Below, piece after piece: positions 18,611-26,823 of a DNA stretch of 64,000 bases (its first letter is position 1; every line of letters starts with the position of its first letter). Both the position numbers and the translations under genes were made by a program. The notes under the pieces are model-generated. The model worked only from the letters and a program-made list of their open reading frames with translations. It had not been told where the DNA came from and searched no databases. This DNA comes from Patescibacteria group bacterium (lineage in GTDB: Bacteria > Patescibacteriota > Minisyncoccia > Phycocordibacterales > PALSA-1337): the NCBI GenBank assembly GCA_040384285.1, contig JAZKJN010000004.1, forward strand, positions 28,810 to 92,809, read 5' to 3'.

Positions 18611-18640
18611 TTGACAATTTACAATATAAATTGTAATGTA
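18611..18640 (+). promoter_or_regulatory. promoter TTGACA-17-TAATGT overlapping a perfect 7-4-7 palindrome TTACAAT-ataa-ATTGTAA (18619-18636)
   Basis: ttgacaatttacaatataaattgtaatgta lies directly upstream of the wHTH repressor gene. Confidence 0.5.
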
Positions 18641-18666
18641 TATTTTAGTACCTGGAGAAAATACAT

Positions 18667-18975
18667 ATGAAGAGAAATAACTTCCCTTTGTCGCCGCTTG
18701 AATTTGAACTCATGGCAATCATTCGCAGAAACCCGCATCAAAATGGGCGTCAGATTGCAGCGAGGCACGAGCTCTGGAGACACAGACCTCTTTCGTTTGG
18801 CAGTCTCTACACGACGCTGAGAAGACTGATCGAGCGGAAACTTGTGCTCAAGCGTAGCAAGCTGAAAAGACTCAAGGATAACCGCAAAGCTGTTTTTAGA
18901 TTGAGCACACGAGGCAGAGAAACTCTCACGAAAATGAGAGCGGATCTTACTCGACTTGCGGCCTTTGAAGCCTAG
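18667..18975 (+). CDS. winged-helix transcriptional regulator (PadR/BlaI-like)
   Basis: LSPLEFELMAII...NGRQIAAR...SFGSLYTTLRRLIERKLV is the PadR/BlaI wHTH pattern. Confidence 0.5.
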   Translation: MKRNNFPLSPLEFELMAIIRRNPHQNGRQIAARHELWRHRPLSFGSLYTTLRRLIERKLVLKRSKLKRLKDNRKAVFRLSTRGRETLTKMRADLTRLAAFEA

Positions 18976-19080
18976 CAATTTTTCGTCCCCACAGCCCACC
19001 TCCCAAGGTGCGGTTTTTTATTTTCCAATTTGACACCACTCCCACGGCATGTAAATGTAGAGGAAGAAACCAAAACCTAT

Positions 19081-19668
19081 ATGGCAGCTATTCACAAAAT
19101 ACACCTTCCCCACTGGCGGAAAAAGTGGAGAAGTGCAGGAGCCCTGTCTTCATGTTGGGAAGAAAAATGGAAAAATTCACCGTTACGCTTTGACCAAGAA
19201 GTGGTCATGACTGACTACAGAAACGCGTCGATCTTGCGAAGATACCCGAAAGCAGAAGGGTACCTTCATATGTTCTTTAGTCCCTGGAGAGTTCCTGTCG
19301 GACTTACGGACAACGAAGTCGCTATCTGCGTCCGCCTGTACCCTGCTCGCGTACGACTCACCGCCAAATACAATGCGGATGAAGATGCGAAGATTGCGAG
19401 GCTCAACCTTCCTTATTCTCCCACTCCGACTCTCTGCGACGCACTCGAACTGTTTGAGAAAATTCCCGATGGTTACGCAAATGTCAGTGAGGCACAAGAA
19501 CACCTCTACCAATTCTGGGGAATGTATGAACACATGAAAAGACATCCGATTCGCACATTCTTCTTACCCATGGAGCTCTGTCCTTCCAAGGTGATGACTC
19601 GGAAAAACTTCCGCAAAGGAATCCGTAAAGTCATCGCCGAATATCGAAAAGCGTTCCCGAAACCATAA
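19081..19668 (+). CDS. hypothetical protein (195 aa)
   Basis: AGAGGAAG RBS then ATG 19081. The track start 19030 lies within the promoter TTGACA (19029). Followed by a terminator at 19672-19697. Confidence 0.45.
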   Translation: MAAIHKIHLPHWRKKWRSAGALSSCWEEKWKNSPLRFDQEVVMTDYRNASILRRYPKAEGYLHMFFSPWRVPVGLTDNEVAICVRLYPARVRLTAKYNADEDAKIARLNLPYSPTPTLCDALELFEKIPDGYANVSEAQEHLYQFWGMYEHMKRHPIRTFFLPMELCPSKVMTRKNFRKGIRKVIAEYRKAFPKP

Positions 19669-19726
19669 GGCCCTCCGAGGGTCTTTTTTATTTCCCAATT
19701 CCCTCCTTTCCCGATATCATTACTCT

Positions 19727-20197
19727 ATGACTTCCTACATCGCCTTTCTTCGCGGTATCATGCCGACGAATCCCAATATGCGCAATGAAAAGCTTCGTGC
19801 AGTGTTTGAGAGGCTTGGATTTACAAACGTGCAGAGCGTGATCTCCAGCGGCAATATTATTTTCCATTCTGACTCAAAAAATGTTTCTGAATTGGAAGAG
19901 AAAATCGAAGAAACACTTTTGAAAGAACTCTCCATCAAAAGTCCTGCATATGTGCGGAGCAAAGCCAACCTCGAGCGCCTCATAGCCAAAGATCCTTTTC
20001 CTGGAGCAACGCATAGCAAAACTACCTATCTCATTGTTTCATTTTTAAAACAAAAACCTGGAGAGATTTTTACCGTAGTCGACACAACTGATACAGGCTC
20101 AACAAAATTTATGAGTGATATTGATAAAAGATACAGTAAAAATGTAACTACACGAACATGGAAAACAGTTGAGAGAGTTTTGGTGAGGATGAAATAG
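19727..20197 (+). CDS. DUF1697 family protein
   Basis: SYIAFLRGIMP...KLRAVFERLGFTNVQSVISSGNIIF...LEEKIE matches the DUF1697 N-terminal signature. Confidence 0.6.
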   Translation: MTSYIAFLRGIMPTNPNMRNEKLRAVFERLGFTNVQSVISSGNIIFHSDSKNVSELEEKIEETLLKELSIKSPAYVRSKANLERLIAKDPFPGATHSKTTYLIVSFLKQKPGEIFTVVDTTDTGSTKFMSDIDKRYSKNVTTRTWKTVERVLVRMK

Positions 20198-20267
20198 AAC
20201 GTTGACTTTTGGCTCTTGTGTGATATTTTCAACACAGTAGTTTTTTAAACCTCAACCAATCTAATTT

Positions 20268-20711
20268 ATGAAGCTCACTGGAAAGATCGTAGCGATTCTC
20301 TCAAACCACCCTGACATCCCCGGCTTACCCACAACAGAACTGAACCCCGTGAATCACGGCGAACCGATAGAGAAACAGCCCTCTCACGAGATTGTCCTAC
20401 AACTTGCCCGCCTGCAGACTCTGATCTTCAGGGAACATGAGAGGGGTGACATCTCTCCTGTAGAAAAAGTAGGGGCAATGAGTTCAGGAAATGAAGAAAG
20501 CTCCTACGGCGCTACTCTCAACTCCATGGCGCAAGCCCTGAGTACACAAGAAGATGCCACCCGCATAGTCATGATGCTCGAACAACTGATGGTGCAGATT
20601 GTCCGCGAGAATATTCCTACTGAACACGAACGACTTGATGTCCGCTATCACGTAAATGAGGAGTGGAAGGTGATGTGGAGCCCAAATCCTTCTCGGAGAT
20701 TTTTGGGTTAA
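20268..20711 (+). CDS. hypothetical protein (147 aa)
   Basis: ORF with terminator at 20737-20760. Confidence 0.45.
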   Translation: MKLTGKIVAILSNHPDIPGLPTTELNPVNHGEPIEKQPSHEIVLQLARLQTLIFREHERGDISPVEKVGAMSSGNEESSYGATLNSMAQALSTQEDATRIVMMLEQLMVQIVRENIPTEHERLDVRYHVNEEWKVMWSPNPSRRFLG

Positions 20712-20753
20712 ATGGATTAAGAAAAACAAACCCCGTCGCGTACCGACGGTTTT

Positions 20754-21011
20754 TTATTTCTCCCGATGCATGCACCCCGCCCAGCAACACGGCCTCCGCT
20801 TCCCTGCTTTCAGTTTCTCAGAAAGTATTCGTATATGTTTGTCTCGCGTCTCCTGTTTCTTTGGAGAGATCACCCAGCAAATCCATTCATTGCGAGCGAG
20901 TGGAGTGATGTCTTCCCAGACTTCTCGTACTTTCGAGGAAGCAGAAATTGCCTTTTCCAGATCAGCTGGAACTTTATGGACGACGCCGGAGGAGATTTTG
21001 TGTGTGGACAT
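20754..21011 (-). CDS. YdeI/OmpD-associated family protein (bacteriocin-protection-like)
   Basis: VPADLEKAISASSKVREVWEDITPLARNEWICWVISPKKQETRDKHI matches the family motif. Confidence 0.5.
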   Translation of the reverse strand: MSTHKISSGVVHKVPADLEKAISASSKVREVWEDITPLARNEWICWVISPKKQETRDKHIRILSEKLKAGKRRPCCWAGCMHREK

Positions 21012-21068
21012 GCTTTTATTTTATCATGGAAAACCGCTCATTGACTTTCTTTTTTAGAAAGAGTTAAA

Positions 21069-21653
21069 TTGACCCAAAGCTCATTTGCTATGACAACACC
21101 CATACTCTGTAAGAGAGCGTTCTTTGGTCTCTGGTGGCAAGACCTTCTTGGCAACAAACCTCGGACATGGAGAACGGTAGAAGAATTCTTGGAAAGCGAC
21201 TGGAGCGATCCTGTCTCTCTCCGTTACAACGGCCACCTTGTCGGCCAGCCTTTGATAAGCGATATTCCTCGCGAGAACGTCGAGGAAGAAATGAAAAAGC
21301 TCCAGATGCGCGGGTATCAGCGCTACGACTATCATGTGACCGAACAATTCTCTCCCTCAAAGATCAGATATCTGATCAATGGTGAGGCGATGCGATCGGA
21401 GGAAGGGCTCTGCCTTTTCTTTTCTTTAGAGAACAAGTTTATGCGCGCAGCTCTCGTTTCATCGGGGAAACAGGTCTACCGTACTACAGCGCTTCTCACC
21501 CTGCAAACAATACTGGAAGGCAACGATTGTGAAGAGCTCCTGGCGTTTGTTGATCGGTATCCGAACCACGCCGTAGAGTTCAGCGGGTTCAATCGCGGAG
21601 TCGGAAACATCGCGCGTCGCAAGATGATCATCTGGGAAATCCGGCAGTATTGA
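21069..21653 (+). CDS. hypothetical protein (194 aa)
   Basis: ORF with terminator at 21663-21700. Confidence 0.45.
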   Translation: MTQSSFAMTTPILCKRAFFGLWWQDLLGNKPRTWRTVEEFLESDWSDPVSLRYNGHLVGQPLISDIPRENVEEEMKKLQMRGYQRYDYHVTEQFSPSKIRYLINGEAMRSEEGLCLFFSLENKFMRAALVSSGKQVYRTTALLTLQTILEGNDCEELLAFVDRYPNHAVEFSGFNRGVGNIARRKMIIWEIRQY

Positions 21654-21711
21654 ACGGACTCACACTGACCCCTCACGGGATCGGTGTTTTTTTATTTCCC
21701 TTCTTGAATCT

Positions 21712-21794
21712 TTGACAAATACAGAAAAACTGATAATTTGAGAGTAAATTGTCAGAGGGATATCACTTCCCTCCCCTCAAAAACTGGACGAACT
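21712..21794 (+). promoter_or_regulatory. promoter (TTGACA) plus conserved leader module B copy 2 (core AGTAAATTGTCAGAGGGATATCACTTCCCTCCCCTCA)
   Basis: Duplicate of 13136-13217. Confidence 0.5.
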
Positions 21795-22373
21795 ATGTCT
21801 CACTCAAACACATCAGCACTTCCATCTACCCGGAGAAAATGGAAATTATCTGGAGCCGTAAGCTCTCTGGTTCCAAACCGCAAGAACTCTTGCACACAAA
21901 CCCTCGAACTCAATGGGGTTGGAGTGCTCGAGCTCAAAGAAAAGCTCCTTCGACTTCCTGGAACAAGAGACCATGTCATCTTTGTCATCAATACGGCAGA
22001 CATACTCAACTATGCCATTGCCGACAATCTCTTCGCCCTTGACTGGGATCTGCTCTTTGACAAGAAACAGAAACCTTTTGCACGAGGAACCTCGCCTCGT
22101 AAAAACATGGCGCATCTTCTCGACAAAGTTGACCCCGTTGCAGGACTGAAACTCAGGGAGATGTCGAGCACCACGCCTGTACTGGTTATCGACTTTGGGG
22201 TTGTCGAGGTCTTCCCCATCACACTACTTGAAAGGGGTGTGATGATAATCGATTGTGGATGTCCGGGATGGGTCAGTGGAGAAGGCCTTACCTTCGACAC
22301 TCAAGATGCTCGTGAGCAGGAGTGGACGAAATGTCCTTTTTGCGAAAAGCCTTTTCGGATTCAAGTCAAATAA
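21795..22373 (+). CDS. hypothetical protein with C-terminal Cys-rich zinc-ribbon-like motif
   Basis: Start after the conserved leader; CGCPGW...CPFCEKPF near the C-terminus. Confidence 0.45.
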   Translation: MSHSNTSALPSTRRKWKLSGAVSSLVPNRKNSCTQTLELNGVGVLELKEKLLRLPGTRDHVIFVINTADILNYAIADNLFALDWDLLFDKKQKPFARGTSPRKNMAHLLDKVDPVAGLKLREMSSTTPVLVIDFGVVEVFPITLLERGVMIIDCGCPGWVSGEGLTFDTQDAREQEWTKCPFCEKPFRIQVK

Positions 22374-22417
22374 TTGGACCTCATACTTGCCGGCACCTTT
22401 TGTGTCCGGCGGTTTTT

Positions 22418-23206
22418 TTATTGCCCTTTCTTCCCCGTGAGCCTCTCCCGATAAACAATCGTCACGAGTGCAAAGCTCAAGATAAGAAGCAGGAACCATG
22501 AACCTGTTTTGTTAAAGGAAACAAGGTGCCATGAAGCAACTTGGCTTGGGTAGAGCCAGATACTCGTAAAGGTTCCGATATTTTCTGCGATCCAAACACA
22601 CAAAGCAGAGAGAAGCGCTGTGAGCAGAAACGGCATCGTGCGCACTTTTTGATATACCTGAAAATGCACTTTAGTTTTCCAAAAAACAACGATCGTATAT
22701 GCAAAAATAAAGTAACGGATGTCGTAGATAAAATGATGCGAGAAAAAGTTTACATAAATAAGTACCGCCAAAATCCACACATGAAAATATGCCGGAAAAT
22801 GTTCATAGCGAAGTTTAAGGAAAATAAAAGCTCGGGAAATATAACTCCCGATTGCTGAATAAAGAAATCCCGTAAAGAGCGGTACTGTCGCAAGTACAAA
22901 AACAGAATCCCCTATGCCTGGGTATGTCCATGAGCTGATAGCGGGATGTGTTTTAAACAATTCCATGACCGTCGCCAGGATGTGGAAAATAATAATCACA
23001 GAAAACTCTTTGAGAGTCTCTCTTTTTGTAATAAGCATAAAGAGCTGGAACGCTACAGCCGCAAGAAAGATAAAGTCATACCGGCTTACGAAAGGAATCG
23101 GAATAAGCTCAGTGAGAAGAAAGAGAAGAAGCAAAAAAACTCCGAAAACGCTCGCCTGGAGGCTTTTTATAAAGAAATGCGAGAATTCAATTGCTACATT
23201 TTTCAT
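22418..23206 (-). CDS. polytopic integral membrane protein (262 aa)
   Basis: Six or more hydrophobic segments; family uncertain. Confidence 0.5.
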   Translation of the reverse strand: MKNVAIEFSHFFIKSLQASVFGVFLLLLFLLTELIPIPFVSRYDFIFLAAVAFQLFMLITKRETLKEFSVIIIFHILATVMELFKTHPAISSWTYPGIGDSVFVLATVPLFTGFLYSAIGSYISRAFIFLKLRYEHFPAYFHVWILAVLIYVNFFSHHFIYDIRYFIFAYTIVVFWKTKVHFQVYQKVRTMPFLLTALLSALCVWIAENIGTFTSIWLYPSQVASWHLVSFNKTGSWFLLLILSFALVTIVYRERLTGKKGQ

Positions 23207-23283
23207 GTGTATACAGTCTACCGTTTTTTACGATAGACACAAATATGAGGGCATGATATAAAAGCGGAGGAAAGGATTTATTC

Positions 23284-23661
23284 ATGGACAACTACTTGTG
23301 CATCGGTGCGATCTGCGCGATAGCATTGCTTTGGTATCTGTACAAACACAGAGGTCTTGATCGCGAAGAGTATTTGAAAGTCTTGAGCTTTACCGCGTGG
23401 AAAGACATCGATCAAATAAAGCGAGAGCTCGAGAACAAAGAAGATATCTTGCTCAACCCAGTTGAAATACAGCAAGCCATGTTACCTCTTCAGCGCGAAG
23501 GCTTGGTGGAACAAATGATGCTTCCCCGCCTACTGCTCAACGAGGGCCCTGTCATCTGTTACAAAAGAAAGTGGGATTCTGATTGGTCTGAAAGAAACGT
23601 CCATCCCAGAGATCCTTCATTGCCCCGTCGACGCTTCGATCTTGATCTACAACCCGCGTAA
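23284..23661 (+). CDS. hypothetical protein (125 aa), N-terminal TM
   Basis: GGAGGAAAGG RBS 8 nt upstream of ATG. Confidence 0.4.
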   Translation: MDNYLCIGAICAIALLWYLYKHRGLDREEYLKVLSFTAWKDIDQIKRELENKEDILLNPVEIQQAMLPLQREGLVEQMMLPRLLLNEGPVICYKRKWDSDWSERNVHPRDPSLPRRRFDLDLQPA

Positions 23662-23690
23662 TGGCGGTTTTTTTATTGTATACTTTATCT

Positions 23691-23996
23691 ATGCCATCCA
23701 AACCCACAAAAAGAAATATCTGGATCATCCTTGCAGCAGTTTTAATCATCCTCTGTATTTTCCTCTTCAATTTTGCCCAGCCATTACCCTCTGCAGAAGA
23801 CTACGTACGTGAAAATATTTCCACCCTCTCCCCAGTCAAAGAACAGGTGGGAGGAAAGTTTTTTGTAACAGAAATAGAAGCCAATGATGGATCAGGTTTT
23901 GTCTCATACGAAGACGGGCACAATGCGTATACGGCAGACTTCACCTACACATACGAAGAAGAAAATTTGAGAATCACCCAGTTTGAGGTGAGGTAA
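23691..23996 (+). CDS. small membrane-anchored exported protein (101 aa), candidate leaderless transcript
   Basis: TATACT (23679-23684), then 6 nt, then ATG 23691. TM IWIILAAVLIILCIFLF. Confidence 0.4.
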   Translation: MPSKPTKRNIWIILAAVLIILCIFLFNFAQPLPSAEDYVRENISTLSPVKEQVGGKFFVTEIEANDGSGFVSYEDGHNAYTADFTYTYEEENLRITQFEVR

Positions 23997-24041
23997 TGAA
24001 AGTTTATATCTCTTTGTCCGTCTTTACTATATACTGAGCAT

Positions 24042-24296
24042 ATGGACACATTAATCAAAGCAGATATATTTTTCTTTATCGCATCGATCGCAACGGTCGT
24101 GCTCGTCGTCCTTGTCTCAGTCCTCCTCTACTATCTCATCCGAGCAGCTCGCAATCTTCATGCGCTCTCAGAAGCGATCAAGGGAGGATGGAAAGAAGGA
24201 GAGGAATTTGTGCTGGAGCTCAAAGACCGGCTCGAGAGCAATATGATATTTCGTATGCTCTTTCCCCCAGCGAGCAGAAAGCGACTGAAGAAATAA
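24042..24296 (+). CDS. small membrane protein (84 aa)
   Basis: TM IFFFIASIATVVLVVLVSVLLYYLI. Confidence 0.4.
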   Translation: MDTLIKADIFFFIASIATVVLVVLVSVLLYYLIRAARNLHALSEAIKGGWKEGEEFVLELKDRLESNMIFRMLFPPASRKRLKK

Positions 24297-24323
24297 TTAT
24301 CACATTACATAATTTAAAAACAC

Positions 24324-24674
24324 ATGGCGAAAAAAACACAGGATGAAGGAGGGGCAATGAAAGTAGCGCTCGTAGGAGCGACCCTTGCAGGAATTGCAGC
24401 GGGAGCATATTTTCTCTTTGGACCAAATGGCAAGAAGCATCAGAAGCAGGCAAAGTCATGGGCGATCAAAATGAAGGGTGAGGTGATAGAAAAGCTTGAG
24501 AAAGCAAAGGATGTGAGTGAGGCAAACTATCACGAGATCATCGACAAGGTTACTACAAAGTACGCTACCGGAAAGTACGCAGCTGAAGAGGAAGTGCAAG
24601 AGCTCGCAGCAGATCTTAAAAAGCACTGGAAGACACTCAGTGGAGGTGGCAAGAAAAAGACAGCAAAGAAATAG
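24324..24674 (+). CDS. YtxH-like small protein
   Basis: ALVGATLAGIAAGAYFLFGPNGKK followed by a helical Lys/Glu-rich tail. Confidence 0.45.
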   Translation: MAKKTQDEGGAMKVALVGATLAGIAAGAYFLFGPNGKKHQKQAKSWAIKMKGEVIEKLEKAKDVSEANYHEIIDKVTTKYATGKYAAEEEVQELAADLKKHWKTLSGGGKKKTAKK

Positions 24675-24697
24675 TTTCTACTGGTTCCAATCAAGAC

Positions 24698-24726
24698 TTG
24701 ACTATTCCCTGCCAAAGGGTTATAGT
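24698..24726 (+). promoter_or_regulatory. sigma70-like promoter TTGACT-17-TATAGT
   Basis: ttgactattccctgccaaagggttatagt. Confidence 0.5.
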
Positions 24727-24782
24727 TTTATACGGGTAGAACACGGGAAAATTTCAACAACCAGAAAATATCAGTCTTAAGA

Positions 24783-25043
24783 ATGAAATCAAGTGCAAGT
24801 CCCACTCACGTATTCTTCAATTCCCAACGATGCAAAGTCATGGCACGACTCAAGAAAACCGGCATGCTCCGGATCATGGTCGGCTGGCGGCTGAATGAAG
24901 GTCCCGTTACTCGCTTTGTATACGAGCACGAAGTGACCACAGAAAGCCACAGCCATGAGTACTCTGGTGTCCACGGGACAGGGTTCGACAGCCACAAGCT
25001 GGGACTCGAGTCCCGTCGGCCAGCCATGCGTGCCCTTCGTTAA
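24783..25043 (+). CDS. hypothetical protein (86 aa)
   Basis: ORF downstream of the promoter at 24698; weak RBS. Confidence 0.3.
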   Translation: MKSSASPTHVFFNSQRCKVMARLKKTGMLRIMVGWRLNEGPVTRFVYEHEVTTESHSHEYSGVHGTGFDSHKLGLESRRPAMRALR

Positions 25044-25150
25044 ACAACCTCAACCATCAACCGTCCGAGCGTCCATCGCCCGGCCGGTTTTTTTATACTT
25101 TATACAAGTGATATACTTTAGGCATCATATAGTTACAATCACATGAAGAA

Positions 25151-25159
25151 CCCCCCCCC
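25151..25159. repeat. poly-C tract (C9) inside the leader-peptide coding region of the pilin-like gene
   Basis: atgaagaacccccccccctccacaaacaattgggcttcactctc. ATG 25143 is out of frame with the GFTLLELL pilin frame; a C8 tract would fuse them. Confidence 0.8.
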
Positions 25160-25170
25160 TCCACAAACAA

Positions 25171-25581
25171 TTGGGCTTCACTCTCCTCGAACTTCTAGTG
25201 GTAATAAGCATCATCGGAATGCTTTCAAGCATTGTTTTTGCAAGTCTCAACAGCGCGAGAGGAAAAGCAGTCAATGCAGCGGCTCTGGAAACCGCCCGAG
25301 GCGTATTGCCCATTGCCTCTGACTGTCGAGGTAACGGATATTATTTCGTAACCTTAGTAGACTCAAACTCCGGAGGGGGTCAAATATGTACTCAAGGATG
25401 GGGGTCCACAGTACCTTGGCCTCGACTCCCCACAGGATGGCAGTGGATAACTGGTTATCCCGGAGCTGCTCCTGCAGATTCACACTATATTTTGAGAAAA
25501 GAAGTAGGTGAGGAAGTTTACTACATTGGCTGCGGAGAATGGGGGTGCCAAGAGACCGGTCCTCATGCACCCGTCCCTTAG
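25171..25581 (+). CDS. type IV pilin-like protein (prepilin N-terminal methylation domain); 5' end frameshifted relative to ATG 25143 by the poly-C tract
   Basis: GFTLLELLVVISIIGMLSSIVFAS is the class III signal peptide. The track ORF uses TTG 25171. The -1 corrected start would read MKNPPLHKQLGFTLLELL. Confidence 0.6.
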   Translation: MGFTLLELLVVISIIGMLSSIVFASLNSARGKAVNAAALETARGVLPIASDCRGNGYYFVTLVDSNSGGGQICTQGWGSTVPWPRLPTGWQWITGYPGAAPADSHYILRKEVGEEVYYIGCGEWGCQETGPHAPVP

Positions 25582-25639
25582 AAATTTTATTTGACTTCCC
25601 TGCCCCCATCCCGCATGATTGTCGATGGAGATTAATCGT

Positions 25640-25978
25640 ATGTTTCTTAAACACAAAACCGGTAAAGGTTTAGTATGCTTGATAATAGGATCTGGCACCG
25701 ATCTGAAGTATCTTCAAGCAGCGCTTCTCCAGCACAAGGATCTTGCGGATGTGGTGATTGTGTCCGACAAAGACATGATCTCCCTCCAGGAATCCCAACT
25801 TCGGGATATGAAGCAGATGGAAATAGTTCCCCTCGAGCAACTAAAAATTCTGACTCCCATTCATCTGCCTTTGAGGCCAGGCAAAGTTCTCCCCTTCATC
25901 GAAACTCCCAAAAAGCTTCAAGTGAAGAAGATCGTCGCAACACGTGCACGCCCAGCTCATGACCGCCGAGGACGCTAA
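25640..25978 (+). CDS. hypothetical protein (112 aa)
   Basis: GGAG RBS, then 9 nt, then ATG 25640. Confidence 0.4.
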   Translation: MFLKHKTGKGLVCLIIGSGTDLKYLQAALLQHKDLADVVIVSDKDMISLQESQLRDMKQMEIVPLEQLKILTPIHLPLRPGKVLPFIETPKKLQVKKIVATRARPAHDRRGR

Positions 25979-26010
25979 AGTCCGTCGGTTTTTTTATTGC
26001 AAAAATATAA

Positions 26011-26039
26011 TTGACTTTGTCCCCTTTTTGTCGTATGAT
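26011..26039 (+). promoter_or_regulatory. sigma70-like promoter TTGACT-17-TATGAT
   Basis: ttgactttgtcccctttttgtcgtatgat. Confidence 0.55.
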
Positions 26040-26075
26040 TACGGAGGCAGCACACAAACCAAATATTCTCTTTTT

Positions 26076-26252
26076 ATGAAAGCTACGACAAAAAAATTCT
26101 TACGGAAAATCGGTCAAGGTTTTGACACTACCGCTCTTCAGGAAACCGCACAGAACGTCCCAGTTGGAACCGTGCGTGGAAACGTCAAAGCACAGGACAA
26201 AGTCCGCGGGCAACAAGAAAGAATTCGAGGCGAAGGTCTTTTGACCGCCTGA
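26076..26252 (+). CDS. possible small basic protein (58 aa) in a short promoter-terminator unit
   Basis: Unit is bounded by promoter 26011 and the 7-bp-stem terminator 26270-26300; coding status uncertain. Confidence 0.25.
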   Translation: MKATTKKFLRKIGQGFDTTALQETAQNVPVGTVRGNVKAQDKVRGQQERIRGEGLLTA

Positions 26253-26398
26253 CAAATCACATCGAGCGTACTGCCCTTGCAGTACCTCGGTTTTTTTATA
26301 CTCCACCACACCTTGACTTTTGGTGTCAAAGTGGTATACTTATACTAGGTCAGTTGAGTCTTCTGACAACCCCCTACAAAACTCAGGAGGAAATCAGA

Positions 26399-26767
26399 AT
26401 GAAAATATTGATAATTGAAGATCACGCAGTGAGGCTCTTGTGGAAAGAGCTTCTGGAAAGTTTTGGGGTACAGGTTGAGGTTGCCGTCACGCCGGAAGAA
26501 GCATTGGAGAAATTCCGTATGCATTCCGATTGGACAGTAATCTTACTTGATGGTGAGATCGGAGAAGCGCAATTCAATTGCCTCCCCGTCCTCACCGAAA
26601 TACTCCGGACTTATTCTGGAAAAATTGTAGCAACTTCCGACAAGGTGGAGCTACGAAAGATCCAGATGGAAAAGGGATGCACTGAAGACTCGCAAGGAAA
26701 ACCAAATGTCCTCGCGCTTCTCAGTAAATTCATCCAATTCCCAGAAGCACTACCTAAAGCTGCCTAA
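26399..26767 (+). CDS. stand-alone response-regulator receiver (REC/CheY-like) domain protein
   Basis: AGGAGG RBS. MKILIIEDH acidic pocket, ILLDGEI phospho-acceptor Asp, VATSD. Terminator 26786-26815. Confidence 0.6.
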   Translation: MKILIIEDHAVRLLWKELLESFGVQVEVAVTPEEALEKFRMHSDWTVILLDGEIGEAQFNCLPVLTEILRTYSGKIVATSDKVELRKIQMEKGCTEDSQGKPNVLALLSKFIQFPEALPKAA

Positions 26768-26785
26768 GCTGTGAGATCATCAAAA

Positions 26786-26815
26786 ACCCCGAGCAAGTGC
26801 CCGGGGTTTTTCTTT
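26786..26815 (+). terminator. rho-independent terminator CCCCG/CGGGG + T5
   Basis: aaaaaccccgagcaagtgcccggggtttttctttt. Confidence 0.6.
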
Positions 26816-26823
26816 TGCCTTTA

